NCBI GenBank assembly: GCA_965263355.1
Contig: CBDHHL010000032.1
Span: forward strand, 2,720,001-2,784,000
Length of the DNA: 64,000 nt
Direction of reading: 5' to 3'
Source of the DNA: Leptolyngbyaceae cyanobacterium
GTDB lineage: Bacteria; Cyanobacteriota; Cyanobacteriia; Phormidesmidales; Phormidesmidaceae
Below are positions 51,723 through 62,400 of this stretch, in pieces. Both the position numbers and the translations under genes were made by a program. The notes under the pieces were generated by a model. That model was not told the DNA's origin. It saw only the letters and a program-made list of their open reading frames with translations, and made no database searches. Positions within the stretch are counted from its first letter, which is position 1. Each line of letters begins with the position of its first letter.

Positions 51723-53588
51723 TTAGATAGTGCTCTTTTGTGCGATCGCATCTTGTAATTTCTCGATCACGTCTGACACCGTCAGGGCTCCCAAATCACC
51801 ACTCTGACGAGTACGAACGCCTAAGGTCTGAGAATCCATTTCTCGCTGACCGATCACAGAAATAACCGGAATCTTCTCCAATTCTGCGGTGCGAATTTGC
51901 TTACCCAGACGCTCACCGCTGGTATCTACCTCTACTCGGAAACCTTCTTGTTGCAATGTCTGAGCCACCTGATTGGCATAGTCCCGCTGAGCATCGCTGA
52001 CAGGCAACAGTCGCACCTGCACCGGAGCCAGCCACAGGGGGAAAATCCCCGCATAGTTTTCCACCAGGATGCCGAAGAATCGTTCCAGGGAGCCAAAAAT
52101 GGCCCGGTGAATCATAATCGGACGCTGTCGAGAGCCATCCGCCGCAACGTAGTCCAAATCAAATCGCTCCGGCAGGTTAAAGTCCACCTGTAGTGTGGAA
52201 CACTGCCACAGCCGACCGATGGCATCCTGAATCTTAATATCGATTTTGGGACCGTAGAAAGCACCGCCCCCATCATCAATCACGTAGGCCCAGCCCTTAA
52301 GATCAAGCGCCTTTTGCAACGCCGATGTGGCCAGTTCCCAAATGTCGTCGCTGCCCACAGACTTGGCTGGACGGGTGGACAGATTCACCTCATAGTCGGT
52401 AAAGCCAAAGTCCGACAGAATCTGTTCTGTCAGGTTTAGTACTCCTAAAATCTCCTCTGTCACCTGTTCTGGCAAACAGAAAATGTGAGCATCATCCTGG
52501 GTAAAGCCCCGCACGCGCATCAGCCCATGGAGTACCCCAGATCGCTCATAGCGGTACACTGTACCCAGTTCGGCCCAGCGAATCGGCAACTCTCGGTAAG
52601 AATGGAGCTGATGCTGATAGGTAAGTACGTGGAAGGGACAGTTCATGGGTTTAAGCTGGTACTGCTGCGCTTCCACAGCCATTTGCTCAAACATGTTCTC
52701 CTGGTAAAAGTCGAGGTGCCCGGAAGTCTGCCAGAGGTCGCGATTGGCAATGTGAGGAGTGTAAAGCAGCTCATATCCCCCCTGCAGATGGGCCTGACGC
52801 CAGTAGTCTTCGATCAACAGGCGCATGCGGGCTCCTTTGGGATGCCAGAATACCAGTCCGCCCCCAGCAGCTTCTTGAATGCTAAACAGATTCAAGGTCT
52901 GCCCCAGTTTGCGATGGTCGCGGCGTTTGGCTTCCTCTTTCTGGGTCAGGTAGGCCTTTAACTGTTCTGGCGTTTCCCATGCAGTGCCGTAAATGCGCTG
53001 GAGCTGTGGTTGAGATTCGTCACGCCGCCAGTAGGCTCCGGCCACACTTTCTAAAGCAAAGGCTTTAGGATGCAGTTCGCCAGTGCGGCTCAGATGGGGA
53101 CCTGCGCACAAATCCCACCAGCAATCCGTCTTATCAGAGGGTTTAGCTGATGGCGAGTTGAAAAGCGACGGATCGGCATCGGCTGGCAACGGGTCAGGAC
53201 AGCCGATGTAGTAGCGGGTAATCGGTTCATCGACAGGAATGCCATCGAGAATTTCTAGCTTATAGGGCTCATTCAGTTGCTCAATCTCAGCGCGAATGTC
53301 ATCCCGTTCCACCGTTTCGCGAATGATCGGTAGATTTTGCCCAATGATGCGCCGCATCTTTGATGTGATCTGCTTGAGATCCTCAGGCGTAAATGGGTCA
53401 GCCCGGTCAAAGTCGTAGTAAAACCCCGTATCTATGCAGGGGCCAATGGTGACTTTCGTCTCTGGGAACAGGGTTTGCACCGCCATGGCTAATACATGGG
53501 CACAGGTATGGCGAAGCCGTGCTAGCTGCTCTACATCACCAGCTAATGGGCTGGCTTCGGCCTGCGGACGGGAGACTTGACTGACCAT
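51723..53588 (-). CDS. thrS: Threonine--tRNA ligase (probable low-zinc paralog)
   Basis: 'RHTCAH', 'DLCAGPH', 'RDHRKLG', 'KPMNCP', 'RVRGFTQDDAH', 'HRAIFGSLERF'. Confidence 0.97.
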   Translation of the reverse strand: MVSQVSRPQAEASPLAGDVEQLARLRHTCAHVLAMAVQTLFPETKVTIGPCIDTGFYYDFDRADPFTPEDLKQITSKMRRIIGQNLPIIRETVERDDIRAEIEQLNEPYKLEILDGIPVDEPITRYYIGCPDPLPADADPSLFNSPSAKPSDKTDCWWDLCAGPHLSRTGELHPKAFALESVAGAYWRRDESQPQLQRIYGTAWETPEQLKAYLTQKEEAKRRDHRKLGQTLNLFSIQEAAGGGLVFWHPKGARMRLLIEDYWRQAHLQGGYELLYTPHIANRDLWQTSGHLDFYQENMFEQMAVEAQQYQLKPMNCPFHVLTYQHQLHSYRELPIRWAELGTVYRYERSGVLHGLMRVRGFTQDDAHIFCLPEQVTEEILGVLNLTEQILSDFGFTDYEVNLSTRPAKSVGSDDIWELATSALQKALDLKGWAYVIDDGGGAFYGPKIDIKIQDAIGRLWQCSTLQVDFNLPERFDLDYVAADGSRQRPIMIHRAIFGSLERFFGILVENYAGIFPLWLAPVQVRLLPVSDAQRDYANQVAQTLQQEGFRVEVDTSGERLGKQIRTAELEKIPVISVIGQREMDSQTLGVRTRQSGDLGALTVSDVIEKLQDAIAQKSTI

Positions 53589-53602
53589 GAAAAATCAAAA
53601 CT

Positions 53603-53621
53603 AGAATGATTATCATTCTCA
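53603..53621. promoter_or_regulatory. Zur/Fur-type operator
   Basis: Palindrome AGAATGAT-T-ATCATTCT about 15 bp upstream of the thrS ATG; minus strand TGAGAATGATAATCA resembles TGATAATnATTATCA. Confidence 0.75.
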
Positions 53622-53753
53622 ATCTATCACAGCGATTAAGCATTGACTGCTTTCGCAATGGGTCTGGTTTCTCACCTTTCACCTACGGCTAGAGCAGTTT
53701 CCCATCCAGGGGATTCTCTGGTTTCGAAATCGATTTGAAATAGTCATCCCCAG

Positions 53754-54046
53754 GGCGAAAGCACACCTCATCGGATTTCTAGATAGAATTCCCCGTGATG
53801 AGAATGGGGAGGTGGCTGGCGAAAGCACACCTCATCGGATTTCTAGATAGAATTCCCCGTGATGAGAATGGGGAGGTGGCTAACGTGTTTCCTGCTGCGC
53901 CAGATTGGACAATTGAAATTTTGTCTCTGGATCAAAGTCAAACAAAGGTAACGAAGAATAGTTTGCACTGTCTGCGGCATTGGACTGCAGTGGGTTGGTT
54001 AATTGATTCAGGTGCGCAAACAGTGTTTGTTTATCGTTCTAAGTAG
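53754..54046 (+). pseudogene. Uma2 gene fragment with a 64-bp tandem duplication
   Basis: 'DRIPRDENGEV..FPAAPDWTIEILS' similar to 16542-16874; 53754-53817 repeated at 53818-53881. Confidence 0.75.
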
Positions 54047-54200
54047 GTAGGCAAAATAACTTAAACAAGAACTTTTCAAGGATGACACTTTTGAAAAGGC
54101 CCCCAACCCCCAATTCTGGGGGCTTCGGAACTCTAAATCCCCCAATTCTGGGGGATTTAGGGGGCTTCCAGGATTTTGAAATAATTGTGCTCATCTACTT
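54041..54200. mobile_element. Cyanobacterial MITE
   Basis: IR AAGTAGGTAGGCAAAATAA / ATAATTGTGCTCATCTACTT; internal CCCCAATTCTGGGG palindromes; truncates the Uma2 fragment. Confidence 0.7.
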
Positions 54201-54549
54201 AGCGTTGATCGGGGAGTGATTGTCTAGGATAAATGAGGAAGACAATCATACGACCACGTCGTTCCCAGTGTTTGCGATTGATCGGCATGCTGCGGATAGC
54301 CTCAGCTTCTGATTCTAAGAGGAACTGAATTTCACCGGCTTCGGGTTCGAGGATACAATCGATAGCCTTAAAAGAGCGATTAATGCCAGCGGCCTGCTCG
54401 GCGGCAAATTTAGTTAATCCTTGGGCGCAGACAATTTTACCGCGATGTTCTAGGCAAGCACGTTGCCAAGTGCCTGAGTATTTTTGGCCTTGAGCTATTG
54501 GTACCAAAACAGGTGGTTTGGAAAAACTTGGGTTTCTGGGAATTGCCAT
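54199..54549 (-). CDS. Hypothetical protein
   Basis: 116 aa ORF. Confidence 0.5.
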   Translation of the reverse strand: MAIPRNPSFSKPPVLVPIAQGQKYSGTWQRACLEHRGKIVCAQGLTKFAAEQAAGINRSFKAIDCILEPEAGEIQFLLESEAEAIRSMPINRKHWERRGRMIVFLIYPRQSLPDQR

Positions 54550-54809
54550 GATTGAAGCCGAGGAAGACGGTCATAACTCAGAATTGGCCAATGATATCTT
54601 GGGCGATGAGAACATTTTTCTCATGTCTCATAAACTCTCGCCAGACAGCATTATCCTGACAAGGAACAGGCACTTGATTTTCTAGAATGTATCGTTGAGC
54701 CTGCATGAGATCTACGATAAATAGCTTTGGAGATGACTTGGAGATTCTGTAAGCAGTGCGTTCGCAACGCACCCTACCCTAGCTTGCTTATAAGTAGGGT
54801 ACATTTCTA

Positions 54810-55761
54810 GAAGTAATCATCCTGATTCTCCTCAACTTCCTCTGATTACTGAAGAAGCCTCAGGTATTATTCCTGAATCTGACAGAATTCCTAACGGACT
54901 TTATGTTGGTTATGATTCTATCCAACAAACTTGGCAGACAATTTGGCATAACCCTAGCTCGACTAGATTAGATGTCTTCTTAGAAACTGCTACCACATTA
55001 GGAGAATTAACACCCATTGGCTTTACACCCCCTGATCTTTCCACAGTTAATGGTGTTTCACCTACTTTACTAACTTACGATCAGGACTTAGAAAATATAT
55101 TGATTCAACTCAAATCGAAGGAATTGAAGAGTCCCTGCCTGTCCAGTCAGTTATTGCCGGTGACTTTGATAATGATATGGATCTAGATCTTTATCTGATC
55201 TCTACCTTTGATCATTCGGCGCTAAAGGCTGTCTTATTGGAAAATCAGGGGGATGGTACTTTTATATCCGTAGCTGATGCAGCAGGTGCTCAAATCACGG
55301 CTTCCGGCCCCTGTGTTACGTTTGACCGGATGGGCTTGCAAGGTGCCAGTGCTGACTATGATTTAGATGGAGATATTGATATCTTTATTGGTAATTCTGG
55401 TTTAGTCAGCATGGACGAAACCTACCTGGGGACACCTTATTATCTGTTTCAAAATCAGGGTAATAGCTATCACTGGCTTGAACTTGATCTACAAGGGGTT
55501 GAATCTACGAGAAATCCTATTGGAGCGAAGGTTTTCATTACCGCAGGCGGTAAGACGCAAGTTCAAGAACAATCCAGTGGTCAACATTATTATGGGCAAA
55601 ATTTCTCAAGATTACATTTTGGCTTAAAAGATAATAATGTTATAGATTCTTTGAGGATTGAATGGCCCGCAGGCAGCGTTCAAAATTTTTATGATATTGA
55701 GGCTAATCAAATCCTCAAGGTAGTCGAACTTGAGGAAGAATATCAAATTATTCAAAACTAA
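54810..55761 (+). pseudogene. FG-GAP/ASPIC-UnbV (CRTAC1-like) C-terminal fragment
   Basis: 'GDFDNDMDLDL', 'ADYDLDGDIDI', 'NPIGAKV', 'RLHFGL', 'IEWP.G'; frame break near 55090; no start. Confidence 0.75.
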
Positions 55762-55806
55762 AAAATCTTGCCAGCAGTTCTTGATCGGTGCGTTAATAAC
55801 AGCACC

Positions 55807-56631
55807 CTACGAGGGGCGGGGATTGCGGGCAATGATGCTGTCAAAGTAGCGATTTAATAATGGTGCAATGACGCTATGCAATCGGGTTAAGACACTGATT
55901 TCAGTACCGGGTGACAATTCAAATTTACCCTGCTCAATGCCTTCCAAAATTACCTTGGCCACATCATCGGCTGTCCATAGCTTGGCGGTGGCGTTAATCT
56001 CTTTTGTGGCGGGTGGTTTTGTTTTATTCTCTTCTTCTAGCTGGGGGGTATCCGTATCCGGTGGATAGGAAATAGAGACTTTAATACCGACGGGCTTGAG
56101 TTCAGCTCGTAGCGTTTCTGCCAGACCACGTACGGCAAACTTGCTGGGACCATAGGCGCTGTAGCCATAGATGCCGACGAGCGCGGCACCAGACGAGATC
56201 AGATGAATATTGCCTACCTGTTGTTGTTCCATAGCGGGTAGGGCAGCCTGAATGCAATAGAGGGTACCAAAGTAATTCACCCGCATGGTTTCTTCAAAAA
56301 TTTCTGGGGGCAGTTCCTGGAAATAACCTGGAATGGCGATGCCTGCCGAGGTAATTAGCCAGTGGGGGGGACCGAGGGATGCGATCGCATCCCCAACCGC
56401 ACCCATTGCTTGCTCTCGTTCTCCCACATCCGCCACAAGCGTCAGCACCTGCTGGTCAGGATGAGAGCGAACCTGCTCAATCTCCGTTTTAGCCAATTGC
56501 AACCGTTCCTGACCACGGGCAATGAGCGACACATTCGCCCCCTGGCGTGCCAACCTGAGGGCAATGGCCTTACCAATACCGCTCGAACCGCCTGTGATAA
56601 TCGCATGGGGAATAGTAGTATCTTGATGCAT
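55807..56631 (-). CDS. SDR oxidoreductase, 3-ketodihydrosphingosine reductase-like
   Basis: 'ITGGSSGIG', 'VNYFGT', 'YSAYGPSKFAVRGLAE', 'YPPDTDTP'. Confidence 0.8.
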   Translation of the reverse strand: MHQDTTIPHAIITGGSSGIGKAIALRLARQGANVSLIARGQERLQLAKTEIEQVRSHPDQQVLTLVADVGEREQAMGAVGDAIASLGPPHWLITSAGIAIPGYFQELPPEIFEETMRVNYFGTLYCIQAALPAMEQQQVGNIHLISSGAALVGIYGYSAYGPSKFAVRGLAETLRAELKPVGIKVSISYPPDTDTPQLEEENKTKPPATKEINATAKLWTADDVAKVILEGIEQGKFELSPGTEISVLTRLHSVIAPLLNRYFDSIIARNPRPS

Positions 56632-56723
56632 TGCCCTTTCATATCTTACAAACGTCAGAGAGTATAACGCTTACTCTCAAAATTCTTCTCCCTGAGGGAG
56701 AAGAATTTTAGATGAGGGATCCT

Positions 56724-57389
56724 TTATCTACCTGCCCGCCGTTCAGCTTCTGCTTTAGTAGCACTGAGGGAGTTGGTCAAAATATTGCGATAGGTGTTAA
56801 AAAATATCCCTCGGGTTGAGCTTTGACCAGGGTCAACATACACCTGATGGGTTAGCAACACATGCTCTCGCCCTGCATAATATACCGAATCAAAATACCA
56901 AACACCCTGGAGTGCTTGGAGATCACCCTCCACTAAGGCAAAGTCAATTTGCTGTGGATAACTTTCCAGCGATTCGATCACAATGCGGCTGCGGTTGGTA
57001 ACCAGCGGCAATACCTGTACAACATTGACCTGTTCAAACACATTACGATTACCCGCACTTTCCAACCAACGACTGTTTTCAATATTGGGTAAAAACTGCT
57101 CAAAATTGTCATAGTCGGTCAACACCTGCCAGGTTTCAGCCATAGATGCATCGATCAATACTCGACCAGTAAACTGACCATTGGCTCCCGACATCATCAC
57201 TTGACCATTTTTAAGCGCCGTACGTTCTTGACTGGGCAACGAATTAAGCACATTTTTAGCCTCTGGACTGGGTAGCGCTAGGGCTGTGCCAAAGGGCAAG
57301 ATTAACAACGCAGCCAGGGCTACTTTTTTGCCCCAGGACTGAGCATATTTGGAAAAATAATAGGAAAACATAAGCGTTATTAACCTCAT
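56724..57389 (-). CDS. SRPBCC/polyketide cyclase family protein
   Basis: 'WQVLTDYDNFEQFLPN', 'EGDL..LQGVW'. Confidence 0.8.
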   Translation of the reverse strand: MRLITLMFSYYFSKYAQSWGKKVALAALLILPFGTALALPSPEAKNVLNSLPSQERTALKNGQVMMSGANGQFTGRVLIDASMAETWQVLTDYDNFEQFLPNIENSRWLESAGNRNVFEQVNVVQVLPLVTNRSRIVIESLESYPQQIDFALVEGDLQALQGVWYFDSVYYAGREHVLLTHQVYVDPGQSSTRGIFFNTYRNILTNSLSATKAEAERRAGR

Positions 57390-57469
57390 ACTAATTTCTA
57401 TTAGTATTTATATTTCTGAACGACTATAGGTTGAACGTCAATAGTCGATGGGCGTCGATGGGCTCAACT

Positions 57470-59332
57470 CTATGGCTTGAGTCCGTAATATTCCCGCTGA
57501 AAGGGATACATTGGCAACACCTGTTTGCGATGGGCATTAGCAGCATAGATTGATTGCCAGTCAACTGTTTCACCCTGAATATATTGTTGTGCCTGAGATC
57601 TTAGCGAGTCAGACACTGTATCGTTTTTTACCTCTGAATTGGTATCTGAGACGCCATGACTTTGCCAGTAGTTGGGATGGGGACGGCCCGCTAAAAAAGC
57701 GATCAAAATTTGCCGCAGTTCAGTAATGGAATTAGCCACAATCGCCAACCGATGGGCAAAATGGTTTCGTCCAATGCTGGCAGTAAAACACACATCGGCT
57801 AAGGCCAGGGTAGGGTGGGCGGCCAGGTGCTGCGCATAGCGGGCAGCCAGCTGATTGAGGGTCGGTCCTGTGCGGGCAGATAGGGGCAACAGGGCGGGTT
57901 CAGAATTTGAGGGACTGGGAGCCTGATGAGGCATAGACGGTGGTTCCTGCACAATCACATGGGCATTGGTACCGTTAAAGCCAAAGGCACTGATACCGGC
58001 AATGCGGGGGCTTTCGAGCCAGGGCATCGCTGCTGTCGGTAATGTGAAGGGTAGGTTTTGCCAGTCGATATGTGGGTTCGGGCTATTGAGGTGTAAATTA
58101 GCCGGAATTTGCTGGTGTTCCAGGGCTAAAACTGCCTTGATCAACCCAGCAATGCCTGCGGCGGCTTCGCCATGGCCAATATTGGTTTTGACCGCTCCTA
58201 ACACCAGCGGTTGCTGTCGCGGTTCGGGGTTGTTGCCAAAGATATCTCCAAGGGCTCCCACTTCGATGGGATCGCCCAATGCAGTACCTGTGCCATGGGT
58301 TTCCACATAGCTAATCTGATCAGCCGTAATCCGACTTGCTTTGAGAGCCTGACGAATGACGGCCTGCTGGGCGGTTTTGCTGGGAGCCGTCAATCCGTTG
58401 GTGCGACCATTGTGGTTGGTGGCCGACCCCAGGATGATGGCGTGGATGCGATCGCACCCCAATTCCGCATCACTCAGTCGCTTGAGCACGACCATGCCGC
58501 CCCCTTCAGCCCGGCCAAACCCAGTCGCCGCTGCGTCAAACGTACGGCAACGACCATCGGCAGACAGCATCTGCGCCTTAGAGAAATTGATGCTGGCAGC
58601 TGGGGTAATAATGCGATTCACCCCTCCGACTAAAGCCATATCACATTCCCGCTGCCGTAGGCTTTGGCAGGCTAAATGTACAGCCACTAGAGAAGATGAA
58701 CAGGCCGTATCCACCGCCATACTTGGGCCGGTCAACCCCAACAAAAACGATAGCCGCCCTGCGGCCACACTGTGGGTATTCCCCGTGGCCAGGTAGGCAT
58801 CAATAGTGTCAGGAGAGCGAGCTAACATCTGTTGCCAGTGGTCAATACTACTCAGCCCTAGAAACACACCCACCTGCTGGTCAGCCAGCGCCTCAGGCGC
58901 AATCCCCCCCTGTTCTAACGCTTCCCATCCCAGTTCTAACGCCAGCCGCTGTTGCGGATCAAGGGTAAGGGCTTCACGGGGTGCGACCCGAAAAAACGAA
59001 GCGTCAAAGTCGTAAAGATGAGGCACAAATCCACCATAACGAGACACCATTTTTCCAGGTGTTTCTGCCTCGGCATCATAGTAAGCGTCAATCGACCAGC
59101 GGTCATCCGGCACCTCAGAAATTGCATCAGTTTTACCTTGTAACAATTTCCAAAACGTTTCCGGTGTATTGACTCCCCCCGGCAGCCGACAACTCATACC
59201 CACAATGGCAATGGGCTCAAATTTTTCCCGTTCCATATCGGCGATCTGGGCCTGCAGCCGTTCGATCACCCGCAAGGCTCGCTTAGTGGCCGACAATTTA
59301 GCATCAGCATTAGAGACATTAGGGTTAGTCAT
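57470..59332 (-). CDS. Type I PKS ketosynthase-only protein
   Basis: 'EPIAIVGM', 'DTACSSS', 'HGTGT', 'NIGH'; AT and ACP absent. Confidence 0.9.
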   Translation of the reverse strand: MTNPNVSNADAKLSATKRALRVIERLQAQIADMEREKFEPIAIVGMSCRLPGGVNTPETFWKLLQGKTDAISEVPDDRWSIDAYYDAEAETPGKMVSRYGGFVPHLYDFDASFFRVAPREALTLDPQQRLALELGWEALEQGGIAPEALADQQVGVFLGLSSIDHWQQMLARSPDTIDAYLATGNTHSVAAGRLSFLLGLTGPSMAVDTACSSSLVAVHLACQSLRQRECDMALVGGVNRIITPAASINFSKAQMLSADGRCRTFDAAATGFGRAEGGGMVVLKRLSDAELGCDRIHAIILGSATNHNGRTNGLTAPSKTAQQAVIRQALKASRITADQISYVETHGTGTALGDPIEVGALGDIFGNNPEPRQQPLVLGAVKTNIGHGEAAAGIAGLIKAVLALEHQQIPANLHLNSPNPHIDWQNLPFTLPTAAMPWLESPRIAGISAFGFNGTNAHVIVQEPPSMPHQAPSPSNSEPALLPLSARTGPTLNQLAARYAQHLAAHPTLALADVCFTASIGRNHFAHRLAIVANSITELRQILIAFLAGRPHPNYWQSHGVSDTNSEVKNDTVSDSLRSQAQQYIQGETVDWQSIYAANAHRKQVLPMYPFQREYYGLKP

Positions 59333-59402
59333 AAGTCTGCGCTGTTGATGGGGCTATATTCTCCAATCCCTTTAATCTCCAGATGATATCTCTTCATCTC
59401 CC

Positions 59403-62400
59403 TCACCCCTCCAATTGCTCTAGCTTTTCTAATAACAAAGCTTCAGCTTCAGCTTCTGAGATTGCCTCCCAGTCTTGAGGTAGAGAATCCATTGATTGAG
59501 AAGAGTCTGTTAATTCCCTAGTCCTCTCATTTTCAGCAGAGTCTTTATCATAAACCAACATCTGCATTAGATAATCTTGCAACTTACCCAGCGTAGGATA
59601 GTCATAAATTAACGTCACAGGCAAGGGACAGTTCAGCCCCGTTTGCAATCGATTACGTAACTCTACAGCCGTCAAAGAATCTAAACCAAGTTCAGTAAAA
59701 CTGGCACTGACATCCTGCAATGAGTTGCTATCCAGCCCCAGAATAATAGAGACTTGCGCACGTAGATAGCGAGATAACAGAATAAGTCTCTCATTGGCTG
59801 CTGCTGCCTGAATTTGCCTTTGAATGCTGATAGACGAAGGGGAAATGCTTGAGGCTGTCACCACGTCTGGGTCGATGCCTGTCCACTGTTTTAGCGTTCC
59901 AGGTAACACGGCTATTTGAGGTGTGTTTTGGGCATTAGGAGAGGTGATAATTTGTCGTAAAACTTTGAGACCTACATCTGGGGCGATCATCGGTATGCCA
60001 GACCGATTTAACTTTTGTTGGACGGTAGCATTCACAGCTAACCCACTACCGGACCAGGCCCCCCAGTTGATGCTAATGGCAGGCAGATTTAGCTGGTGAC
60101 GGAACTGTGCGATCGCATCCAAAAATCCATTGGCAGCGGCATAATTGGCCTGTCCCGCCGATCCGACCAAAGACGCTGCTGACGAAAACATCACAAAATG
60201 GTCTAAGGCCAACTCATGAGTTAATTCATGTAAATGCCAGGTGCCATCGACCTTAGCAGCCATTACACGCTCAAAATCAGCCCAGGTTTGTTGTTGTAGG
60301 GTGGCATCCTGAATGCATCCTGCCAGGTGAAACACCCCCTTGAGGGGGACATCAGCAGAGGGTTGCAACATCGACTGCAGAGCGATAGTTAAGCTGGATA
60401 AATCAGCCACATCAACTGGAATAGTGTTGACCTTAACGCCCGCTTTGGATAGCGCTGTTATCACCTGTTGAGCCTCGTCGGATGGGGAATGTCGCCCTAA
60501 CAATGTCAGATGTTGTGCGCCCTGATTAGCTAATTCCTGGACTACCTGCAGACCCAAAGCCCCTAGTCCTCCAGTCATTAAATAGGTGGCATCCGGTCGA
60601 ATACCTGATACCTGTTTAGACCCAGGGGCAGTCACCACAACTTTGCCTATATGTTTAGCCTGCTGCATAAAGCGAAATGCATCGATGGCTTTCTGAGGGT
60701 CAAACGCTTTGACCGGCAGAGAATGGAGAACTTTTTGCTGCAGCCAGTCAGTCAGCGTCTGCAGCATGGTCTGAATTAGCTGCGGCTGTTTAACGGTGAT
60801 ATCTACCAAATCAATGATCTGATAATCCACATCAGGGCGCTGTTGGGACATCTGTTCTAGAGACCAAATGCCAGCTTTACCAATTTCTAAAAAACGTCCG
60901 CCTGCAGTTAACACCGCTAGACTGCTAGGAATCATATCGCCGGAGAGAGAATTCAGCACCAGATTGACCCCTTCTCCCTGGGTTTGTTGTAAAATCTCAT
61001 CGGCAAACGCTAGGGTGCGAGAATTAAAAATATGCTGAATCCCCTGGCGACGGAGAAAGCCCCATTTACCAGGGGAGGCGGTGGCAAAAATCTCTGCGCC
61101 CAGGTGTTGGGCAATTTGTACAGCGGCTTGCCCGACACCGCCTGCTGCTGAGTGGATCAGTACCCGTTGAACTGTGTCGCTTTGCTGCAGCTGCCCCATC
61201 TGGCAAAGGGCGTAATAGGCGGTGAGAAATGCGGTTGGAATCGTGGCCGCCTCTACTGCACTGAGATGGTCGGGTTTAAGGCTAACTAAATTAGCCGATA
61301 CGGTGACAAACTGACTAAAACTGGCTGGCGCGATCGCAATCACCCCATCACCCAGCTGCAATGTTGTCACCCCCTCGCCCACAGCCACAATCTCGCCCAC
61401 ACATTCCAGACCTAACGCGCCTGCATCCCCTGGATACATGTTCAGAGCATTGAGCACATCACGGAAATTTAACCCCGTTGCCTGTATCTGAATCTCTACC
61501 TCACCCGCCTGAGGTTGTTGTCGGTGGATCGTTTGCCACTGCAGCTGTTCTAACGAGCCCCGGTTCTGAATCGTCAGGGTAAGATTGTCGCCCAATCTCT
61601 CTTTGACCAAGTGAGCACCATAGCGAACGCCTTGGCGATAGGCAATGTGTGATTCGCTGGTCTGGCCGGTCTGAACTTTCTTCTGAGAAAGACGCTGCTG
61701 GAGAGTGAGTTCAGCTATTAAATCATCGAGTCTTGTCTGACTATCGCCATCGAGATCGACACAGACGCAGCCCCATTCAGGATGTTCTAAAGCAATGGTT
61801 TTGGCCATACTCCACAGGGGAGCCTGGGCAATGTCTAGAGATTCACAGTCTAGAACGGATTGAGTGGCACAGGTGACGATCCAGAGGTTGGGGGGTCTAG
61901 TGTGGGTAACTGGAGAATTAGCCAATGCCTGCGCTAGATGTAGTGCTCTCTGACATGTTTTTTGAATGGTGTCCTTAAGGCTCGCCCGATCTGCAGGTAG
62001 TTTATGGCATGTGCCAGGGACACTCACCAGGGGACTCGCGGCATAAATGACACCTTGCCAGCCGCTGGGTTCTGGGGGCGTATCCAATAATTGGGTCAAT
62101 GCCTGAGCCTCTGACCGTAATGTTTTGACGCAGATCTGGTGTTGAGTTGTGAGCCGATCTGCGATCGCATCTAAACTCGCCCCATCATGCCCCACAATCA
62201 GCCAAGCTCCCGAGGAACTTAGGGAAGATGTCTCCTGTACCGGTGGTAGGGGCTGCCAGGTCGGCTGATACAACCAATTCCGCCATGATTCAGTGGGCGG
62301 AGTGTAGCGTTTTGCGGCCAGCCCTGAGACTAAAGCGATCAGCTGCCCGGTAGAGTCAAAGATGCGGACATCTGCGATCGCAACCGTGTTCTCTCTATCC

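Noticed and set aside
53754..53881. Exact 64-bp tandem duplication
   Set aside because: It lies in a pseudogene fragment with no sign of function.
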